Origin: a virus
Lineage: Duplodnaviria; Heunggongvirae; Uroviricota; Caudoviricetes
Reading direction: 5' to 3' (one strand)
DNA: 4,075 nucleotides
IMG/VR virus record: IMGVR_UViG_2778261316_000010
Part shown: positions 1 to 4,075 of the stretch, in pieces
Position numbering within the stretch: the stretch's first letter is position 1
How the letters are laid out: each line of letters begins with the position of its first letter
The notes under the pieces: model-generated
Told to the model about the DNA's origin: nothing
The model's database searches: none
The model's input: only the letters and a program-made list of their open reading frames with translations
Translations under genes and position numbers: made by a program

Positions 1-45
1 ATAAAACCGGGTGATGCAAAAGTAGCCATTTGATTCACAAGGCCA

Positions 46-74
46 TTGACGCATCGCCCGGTTAGTTTTAACCT
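46..74 (+). promoter_or_regulatory. Candidate sigma70 promoter for thrW
   Basis: TTGACG at 46-51, 17-nt spacer, TAACCT at 69-74, about 40 nt upstream of the tRNA 5' end. The -10 match is weak and no TSS can be confirmed from sequence. Confidence 0.3.
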
Positions 75-114
75 TGTCCACCGTGATTCACGTTCGTGAA
101 CATGTCCTTTCAGG

Positions 115-190
115 GCCGATATAGCTCAGTTGGTAGAGCAGCGCATTCGTAATGCGAAGGTCGTAGGTTCGACTCCTATTATCGGCACCA
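115..190 (+). tRNA. thrW: tRNA-Thr (anticodon CGU)
   Basis: 76-nt sequence GCCGATATAGCTCAGTTGGTAGAGCAGCGCATTCGTAATGCGAAGGTCGTAGGTTCGACTCCTATTATCGGCACCA folds as a cloverleaf: acceptor GCCGATA/TATCGGC, D stem GCTC/GAGC, anticodon stem GCGCA/TGCGA with loop TTCGTAA (anticodon CGT), T stem GTAGG/CCTAT with TTCGACT loop, encoded CCA. It matches enterobacterial thrW as I recall it, the known attachment site of P22-type integrases. Confidence 0.95.
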
Positions 191-204
191 TTAAAATCAA
201 TAAG

Positions 205-1368
205 TTACACATCATTAGTACCTTCCTTATTTTTTGACTGGGACAAATTTGGGACCGATGGGTTCAGGATCGAGTCTATTTGCCGTGCGTGTTCGGTAAG
301 GTGATTAGGTGCGAGGTGAGCATATCGACGAACCATTTCGATAGACTCCCAGCCTCCCATTTCCTGTAACACTGACAACGGGACACCGGCTTGAACCAGC
401 CAACTTGCCCAGGTGTGTCTCAAGTCATGAAATCTGAAATCATCAATACCAGCTCGTCTCAGCGCCGCTTTCCAGGCTGTGTTTGCGTCATACCGCATCT
501 TCCTGACTGTTGGCGCTTTCGTTCCGTCTGGTTTGGTACAGCTTTCCTTGTACACAAATACCCAACGGTGATGATTCCCGATTTGTTTTTTCAATACGCG
601 ACATGCAGTATCATTCAGCGCAACGCCAATTGCGCGGTTTGATTTACTCTCTTCCGGGTTTATCCATGCCACCCGGCGCTGCATATCTATTTGTTGCCAT
701 TCAAGGTTGATGATGTTCGAGCGTCTTAAGCCTGTTGCCAGTGCAAATTCAACAACAGACTTTAATGGCTCCGGACATTCATCAATCAGCCTTTGTGCTT
801 CATGGGGCTCCAGCCAGCGGATCCGTTTATTCTTTGGTTGAGGCACTTTAATAATTGGTGCCTTATCCAGCATTTTCCATTCACGCTCTGCGGCTCTTAG
901 TAGGGCCTTTATAAATGAAAGATGCGTAGCCTTCGTTGCAACGGACGCTGGTTTTGGCGTGTATTCTGGAACAGGTTTCCCTTTTTTTCTGCATGCTTCT
1001 GCCCTGAGTTTCCAGTTTTCCTCATGACGCCGGTTCGTCATTTTCTGCATTGCTGAATAAATTTTTGATTCAGTGATGTCTCTTAGTTGCATCCCTGCGA
1101 AATGTTGAAGCCAGAATCCGATCCGGCTTTTGTCATCGTCCAGTGATTTCTTATGTGCTTTCTCTTCGAGCCACCTGACACACGCTTCCTCAAACGTCAT
1201 ATCAGGTATTTCACCAAGTTTGCTGACCCGCCATGCTTCAGCCTTTAGCTTGTCATGGAGCTCTGTCGCCTGCCTTTTGTCCTTTGTTCCAAGAGACTGT
1301 TTAAATCTTTTACCGTTCGGCAATGTGAAACTGGCGTACCATATTTCACTTCTGCGGAAGAGTGACAT
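205..1368 (-). CDS. int: Phage tyrosine integrase (site-specific recombinase), P22 Int-like
   Basis: 387-aa ORF starting [31 protein letters not shown], with GAGGAAA ribosome-binding site about 7 nt upstream of ATG 1368. C-terminal catalytic domain has the tyrosine-recombinase HxxR box ([10 protein letters not shown]) and the tyrosine nucleophile context (MVRRYAHL). It ends 15 nt from the tRNA 3' end, the classic tRNA-int arrangement. Resemblance to P22 Int is from memory. Confidence 0.95.
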   Translation of the reverse strand: MSLFRRSEIWYASFTLPNGKRFKQSLGTKDKRQATELHDKLKAEAWRVSKLGEIPDMTFEEACVRWLEEKAHKKSLDDDKSRIGFWLQHFAGMQLRDITESKIYSAMQKMTNRRHEENWKLRAEACRKKGKPVPEYTPKPASVATKATHLSFIKALLRAAEREWKMLDKAPIIKVPQPKNKRIRWLEPHEAQRLIDECPEPLKSVVEFALATGLRRSNIINLEWQQIDMQRRVAWINPEESKSNRAIGVALNDTACRVLKKQIGNHHRWVFVYKESCTKPDGTKAPTVRKMRYDANTAWKAALRRAGIDDFRFHDLRHTWASWLVQAGVPLSVLQEMGGWESIEMVRRYAHLAPNHLTEHARQIDSILNPSVPNLSQSKNKEGTNDV

Positions 1369-1595
1369 TTTCTTTCCTCTGTTATGCCATCACCCGCGCT
1401 CACCTTGATAGTATGCAGCGGAGACTGAAGCGCCGCAATGCAGGCTTGTCGCGTTGTGAGGTAAGGAGATTTTGGTTTAGTGGGGTCTTTGCGTGTTGCC
1501 TGTAGGCGGCCTGTTCGTATCCAGTTGGTGGCGGTTGGTCTGGATATCTTAAGAAACTGACAGGCCTCATCGAGTGTGAGGCTGTATGATTCCAT
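1245..1595 (-). CDS. xis: Excisionase (Xis), P22 Xis-like
   Basis: 116-aa product from ATG 1595 ([31 protein letters not shown]...), preceded by GAGGT. It has an N-terminal HTH typical of excisionases and overlaps the int start by about 124 nt, as in lambda and P22. The ORF track's 126-aa version uses an upstream GTG without a convincing ribosome-binding site. Confidence 0.85.
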   Translation of the reverse strand: MESYSLTLDEACQFLKISRPTATNWIRTGRLQATRKDPTKPKSPYLTTRQACIAALQSPLHTIKVSAGDGITEERKCHSSAEVKYGTPVSHCRTVKDLNSLLEQRTKGRRQSSMTS

Positions 1596-1845
1596 GGTTA
1601 CCTCTGCTTTTTGAACGCATGTCACGTAACTTCTTAATGTGTTCTGCCGTTTCGATCTCTTCTGCTATCCGATCTGCATCAGCTTTATTCACAGGTTCAA
1701 AGTCATGATTAAAGCGGAACATGCTGGCGATACATGTTCTGCCTTTTCGGATGTAGTGAACTTTGTTGTGGGTAGAACGCAGGATTTTGCAGGGAGTGCC
1801 GTGGTGGTCGACGTACCAGGTGTTAGGAAAAATGATTCTGAACAT
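1567..1845 (-). CDS. Hypothetical phage protein (92 aa), exo-xis region
   Basis: ATG at 1845 preceded by GAGGTG. It overlaps the xis start by 29 nt and is co-oriented with the operon. No family recognised from sequence. Confidence 0.65.
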   Translation of the reverse strand: MFRIIFPNTWYVDHHGTPCKILRSTHNKVHYIRKGRTCIASMFRFNHDFEPVNKADADRIAEEIETAEHIKKLRDMRSKSRGNHGIIQPHTR

Positions 1846-1892
1846 TTTTACACCTCAGTTGGACGATGTTGAAATTTGCTGCTTTGAGGCCA

Positions 1893-2111
1893 TCACAATC
1901 CCCATTGTTTGTTCTTAAGTTCGATCTCCTCCTGGCAACTTGCACAAGTCCGACAACCCTGAACGACCAGGCGTCTTCGTTCATCTATCGGATCGCCACA
2001 CTCACAACAATGAGTGGCAGATATAGCCTGGTGGTTCAGGCGGCGCATTTTTATTGCTGTGTTGCGCTGTAATTCTTCAATTTCTGATGCTGAATCAATG
2101 ATGTCTGCCAT
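1893..2111 (-). CDS. TraR/DksA-family C4 zinc-finger protein (lambda Orf73-like RNA-polymerase-binding regulator)
   Basis: 72-aa product with two CxxC pairs in the spacing of the TraR/DksA zinc ribbon (HCCECGDPIDERRRLVVQGCRTCASCQEEIE). Size and position in the leftward early operon match phage TraR homologues. Confidence 0.85.
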   Translation of the reverse strand: MADIIDSASEIEELQRNTAIKMRRLNHQAISATHCCECGDPIDERRRLVVQGCRTCASCQEEIELKNKQWGL

Positions 2112-2160
2112 CTTCCATTAATCCCTGAATTGTTGGTTAATACGCTTGAGGGTGAATGCG

Positions 2161-2189
2161 AATAATAAAAAAGGAGCCTGTAGCTCCCT
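2161..2189 (-). terminator. Probable Rho-independent terminator between orf71 and the TraR-like gene
   Basis: Minus strand reads AGGGAGC-TACAG-GCTCCT followed by TTTTTTATTATT: a GC-rich 5-7 bp stem, 5-nt loop and U-rich tract, 22 nt after the orf71 stop. Position is analogous to lambda tL terminators. Confidence 0.45.
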
Positions 2190-2209
2190 GATGATTTTGC
2201 TTTTCATGT

Positions 2210-2425
2210 TCATCGTTCCTTAAAGACGCCGTTTAACATGCCGATTGCCAGGCTTAAATGAGTCGGTGTGAATCCCATCAGCGTTACCGTTTCGCGGTGC
2301 TTCTTCAGTACGCTACGGCAAATGTCATCGACGTTTTTATCCGGAAACTGCTGTCTGGCTTTTTTGATTTCAGAATTAGCCTGACGGGCAATGCTGCGAA
2401 GGGCGTTTTCCTGCTGAGGTGTCAT
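2210..2425 (-). CDS. Hypothetical phage protein (71 aa)
   Basis: MTPQQENALRSIARQANSEIKKARQQFPDKNVDDICRSVLKKHRETVTLMGFTPTHLSLAIGMLNGVFKER. ATG at 2425 overlaps the TGA of the upstream 27-codon ORF (ATGA), suggesting translational coupling. The ORF track's 104-aa version needs a TTG start inside the methyltransferase gene and is not preferred. Confidence 0.6.
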   Translation of the reverse strand: MTPQQENALRSIARQANSEIKKARQQFPDKNVDDICRSVLKKHRETVTLMGFTPTHLSLAIGMLNGVFKER

Positions 2426-2505
2426 TGAACAAGTCCCATGTCGGCAAGCATAAGCACACAGAATATGAAGCCCGCTGCCAGAAAAATGCATTCCGTGGTT
2501 GTCAT
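2422..2505 (-). CDS. Candidate small hydrophobic peptide (27 aa), not in ORF track
   Basis: ATG at 2505-2503 overlaps the methyltransferase TGA stop (ATGA) and has GGGAGG 4 nt upstream. Product MTTTECIFLAAGFIFCVLMLADMGLVQ has a single hydrophobic helix-length core. Its TGA overlaps the orf71 ATG. Coding status is inferred from this coupling geometry only. Confidence 0.45.
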   Translation of the reverse strand: MTTTECIFLAAGFIFCVLMLADMGLVQ

Positions 2506-3059
2506 GCAGCCTCCCGACGGGCAAGAATCCTTGAGCCGAACGCCATCAACTCTCCACGATCAACGGTCGTAAAGTGGCAGTGTGTACGGGGGTATGGGTG
2601 CCAGATAATGAGCATCGAGCCTTTATTATTTCCACTGACGGGTTTCTCAGTGAGTGGGTTAATAAATGCCAGTCGTCCTGCCGTGATGAATCTGACCTCA
2701 CTGGCGGTTTGTATCGCTTCATGAAACCATCCGACAGATGTGTCAGCAGGCAATAACATTACACATCCCACACTACTGAATTTGTTTTCAGTGGCTGCCT
2801 TTTTCACAAAAGGGGAAATATTGCTGTATGGTGGATTCAACCAGACATAACCAGAGGCATATCCCATTGCTTCAGGCCATGAAGTGGTTAATGTGTTCTG
2901 CTCCTGTGAGATAAAAAGCCGACATAGTCGGTTTTTTTCGCTGGCGGCAGCATCAAGTTGAAAAACGAACTCTGCATTAAGCGCAGCAAAAATCTCTGGT
3001 GGTGTGCGCCAGCTGTCGCGATGTTCGGCAGGAGTATTGCTTCCGGTGAAATCAGTCAT
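2502..3059 (-). CDS. Phage-type DNA N6-adenine methyltransferase (Dam family, orphan)
   Basis: 185-aa product with the N-terminal WRTPPEIF...FVFQLDAAAS block and catalytic motif IV NPPY (GYVWLNPPYSNI), characteristic of the phage Dam N6-adenine methyltransferase family. GGGGG ribosome-binding site 4 nt before ATG 3059. No adjacent restriction endonuclease gene. Confidence 0.88.
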   Translation of the reverse strand: MTDFTGSNTPAEHRDSWRTPPEIFAALNAEFVFQLDAAASEKNRLCRLFISQEQNTLTTSWPEAMGYASGYVWLNPPYSNISPFVKKAATENKFSSVGCVMLLPADTSVGWFHEAIQTASEVRFITAGRLAFINPLTEKPVSGNNKGSMLIIWHPYPRTHCHFTTVDRGELMAFGSRILARREAA

Positions 3060-3213
3060 ACAGCCCCCGTTTATTATTTATCTCCTCAGCCAGCCGCTGT
3101 GCTTTCAGGGGATTTCGGATAACAGAAAGGCCGGGAAATACCCAGCCTCGCTTTGTAACGGAGTAGACGAAAGTGATCGTGCCTACCCGGATATTATCGT
3201 GAGGATGCTTCAT
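3052..3213 (-). CDS. Small phage protein (53 aa), lambda orf60a-like by position; not in ORF track
   Basis: ATG at 3213-3211 overlaps the exo TGA stop (ATGA) with GGGGAG 8 nt upstream. Product [53 protein letters not shown]. Its stop overlaps the methyltransferase start. In lambda the gene after exo (orf60a) overlaps the exo stop the same way; similarity is by position, not verified. Confidence 0.55.
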   Translation of the reverse strand: MKHPHDNIRVGTITFVYSVTKRGWVFPGLSVIRNPLKAQRLAEEINNKRGLYD

Positions 3214-3488
3214 CGCCATTGCTCCCCAAATGCAAAACCAATTTCAGCTAGTGCCTCGTCCATTTTTTCGATGAACTCCGGCACCATCTCGTCAAAACTC
3301 GCCATGTACTTTTCATCCCGCTCAACCACGACATAATGCAGGCCTTCACGCTTCATACGCGGGTCATAGTTGGCAAAGTACCAGGCATCTTTTCGCGTCA
3401 CCCACATGCTGTACTGCACCTGGGCCATGTAAGCCGACTTTATGGCCTCGAAACCACCGAGCCGGAACTTCATGAAATCCCGGGAGGT
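3210..3488 (-). pseudogene. exo: Truncated exo (lambda Red-alpha exonuclease), C-terminal ~90 codons only
   Basis: Translation ...[92 protein letters not shown] is near-identical to the C-terminus of lambda Exo as I recall it. Upstream the frame has no start codon back to a stop at 3585-3587, similarity is lost, and the first ATG (3473) is preceded by CCTCCC rather than a Shine-Dalgarno. The N-terminal ~135 codons are absent. Confidence 0.85.
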
Positions 3489-3878
3489 ACTGTAATCGAC
3501 AGCTGGTCCAGTATGGTGTTTTTGAAGTTCAACGGGGCGAAATTTTCTGCCTCTGATTACCCTGTGCTGGCGAAAGTGTTTCCTTCACTGGTATTACCTG
3601 AAGCCCGCGGTGATTTCATTCGTATCTGGGATGACGGGCGAGGTGCCGATGGTGGTCGCGAATTATTAAGCTGGCAGGAAGCTACAAACTTTTCTCAGTT
3701 TGCCGGGAATATAGGCGGAGGTGCGGGACACACAATTAACTTTCATGATGGCATCGCCGGAAATCAGCCAGGATTTTCACGATTTAATTTCACCAGTAAC
3801 TCTGTGGGTGATGGTGTGAATTTTGTTGCTGTCAGACCGCGAAATATTGCATTTAACTTTCTTGTGAGGGCTAAATAA
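3489..3878 (+). pseudogene. C-terminal fragment of a phage side tail-fibre gene
   Basis: Plus-strand translation ...[55 protein letters not shown]... carries the tail-fibre collar signature (CNGA..S...YP.L ... LPD.RGRFIR.WD.G.G.D.GR...S.Q.DA). Only about 120-130 C-terminal codons are present and there is no credible start or ribosome-binding site; the ORF-track start at 3336 lies antisense to exo. Left boundary is approximate. Confidence 0.7.
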
Positions 3879-4000
3879 TGAAACCTGTTTTTGATGAAAA
3901 TGGGCTGGCTACAGTGCCGGGCGATATGCGTTGTTTTTATTATGATGCTGAAACATCTGAGTATACGGGCTGGTCTGATGAATATATTAATACTGGCGTA
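3878..4000 (+). pseudogene. Tail-fibre assembly gene, N-terminal 41 codons, interrupted by IS1
   Basis: ATG at 3878 overlaps the tail-fibre TAA (TAATG). MKPVFDENGLATVPGDMRCFYYDAETSEYTGWSDEYINTGV matches the N-terminal pattern of caudoviral tail-fibre assembly proteins (compare lambda Tfa ...IKIYNLLAGTNEFIGEG). The frame then runs into IS1 sequence at 4001. Confidence 0.65.
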
Positions 4001-4023
4001 GGTAATGACTCCAACTTATTGAT
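4001..4023. repeat. IS1 terminal inverted repeat (IRR)
   Basis: GGTAATGACTCCAACTTATTGAT, the canonical IS1 right inverted repeat as I recall it. The 9 bp before it (3992-4000, ACTGGCGTA) would be the target-site duplication if repeated at the other IS1 end. Confidence 0.85.
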
Positions 4024-4075
4024 AGTGTTTTATGTTCAGATAATGCCCGATGACTTTGTCATGCAGCTCCACCGA
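4016..4075 (-). CDS. insB: IS1 transposase InsB, C-terminal end (partial)
   Basis: Minus-strand translation of 4075-4019 gives SVELHDKVIGHYLNIKHYQ then TAA, the known C-terminus of IS1 InsB. The rest of the gene is outside the window. Confidence 0.85.
   Translation of the reverse strand, partial: SVELHDKVIGHYLNIKHYQ

Larger units (their letters stand above)
4001..4075 (-). mobile_element. IS1 insertion sequence, right end, truncated by window edge
   Basis: GGTAATGACTCCAACTTATTGATAGTGTTTTATGTTCAGATAATGCCCGATGACTTTGTCATGCAGCTCCACCGA matches the IS1 right terminus from memory: 23-bp terminal inverted repeat GGTAATGACTCCAACTTATTGAT at 4001-4023, then the 3' end of insB on the minus strand (...SVELHDKVIGHYLNIKHYQ*, stop at 4016-4018). 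Confidence 0.9.

Noticed and set aside
191-240. T-rich stretch after thrW as a tRNA terminator
   Set aside because: There is a T run near 229-235 but no convincing upstream GC-rich hairpin, and the region is occupied by the int 3' end; not called.
391-710. Plus-strand ORFs 391-642 (83 aa) and 510-710 (66 aa)
   Set aside because: Both lie entirely antisense to the well-supported integrase gene, with no ribosome-binding sites or recognisable motifs; treated as chance frames.
1130-1408. Plus-strand ORF 1130-1408 (92 aa)
   Set aside because: Antisense to the int/xis overlap; serine/leucine-rich low-complexity translation typical of a spurious frame.
1245-1625. 126-aa extended version of xis from the ORF track
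   Set aside because: It requires a GTG start at 1625 with no Shine-Dalgarno, whereas the in-frame ATG at 1595 has GAGGT upstream and gives a 116-aa excisionase-sized protein.
1639-2072. Plus-strand ORFs 1639-1872 (77 aa) and 1866-2072 (68 aa)
   Set aside because: Antisense to the orf92 and TraR-like genes; no start context or motifs.
2118-2213. 32-codon minus-strand ORF (MNMKSKIIRELQAPFLLFAFTLKRINQQFRD) whose start overlaps the orf71 stop
   Set aside because: The frame is spanned by the terminator-like hairpin and U-tract and has no Shine-Dalgarno; more likely non-coding intergenic sequence. Kept only as a low-probability alternative.
2210-2524. 104-aa extended version of orf71 from the ORF track
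   Set aside because: The N-terminal extension needs a TTG start inside the methyltransferase gene and overlaps the better-supported 27-codon ORF in another frame; the ATG at 2425 is preferred.
2419-2756. Plus-strand ORFs 2419-2724 (101 aa) and 2574-2756 (60 aa)
   Set aside because: Antisense to the methyltransferase gene; no motifs or start signals.
3004-3336. Plus-strand ORF 3004-3336 (110 aa)
   Set aside because: Antisense to the methyltransferase start, orf57 and exo; low-complexity translation.
3336-3488. N-terminal part of plus-strand ORF 3336-3878 as a tail-fibre start
   Set aside because: This stretch is the antisense of the conserved exo C-terminus. Tail-fibre similarity begins only around 3486-3513, so the ATG at 3336 is not a genuine start and the gene is a 5'-truncated remnant.
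1-4075. CRISPR arrays, tandem repeats or recognisable defence-enzyme genes (nuclease/ATPase/helicase domains)
   Set aside because: I found no repeat-spacer periodicity and no large ORFs with such motifs; the cargo consists of small proteins plus the methyltransferase.

Overview
This window is the left end of a degraded lambdoid prophage integrated at the tRNA-Thr(CGU) gene thrW in an enterobacterial (E. coli/Shigella-like) genome. Host DNA and an intact thrW (115-190, + strand) are followed by a tightly packed minus-strand operon, read right to left: a truncated lambda-like exo, a small orf60a-like ORF, a phage Dam-family N6-adenine methyltransferase, a 27-aa hydrophobic peptide, a 71-aa unknown protein, a probable intrinsic terminator, a TraR/DksA-family zinc-finger protein, a 92-aa unknown protein, xis and a P22-type tyrosine integrase. 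The 5' part of exo is missing; it abuts, on the opposite strand, the C-terminal fragment of a tail-fibre gene followed by the start of a tail-fibre-assembly gene, which is itself interrupted by the end of an IS1 element running off the window. I read this as a cryptic prophage remnant that kept its integration module and exo-xis accessory cargo but lost recombination, immunity, replication, lysis and most morphogenesis genes. I do not see a clear multi-gene defence system; the most interesting candidates are the orphan methyltransferase and the two small translationally coupled ORFs after it, one of which is absent from the ORF track. All homology statements come from reading the translations and from memory of protein families, not from a database search.
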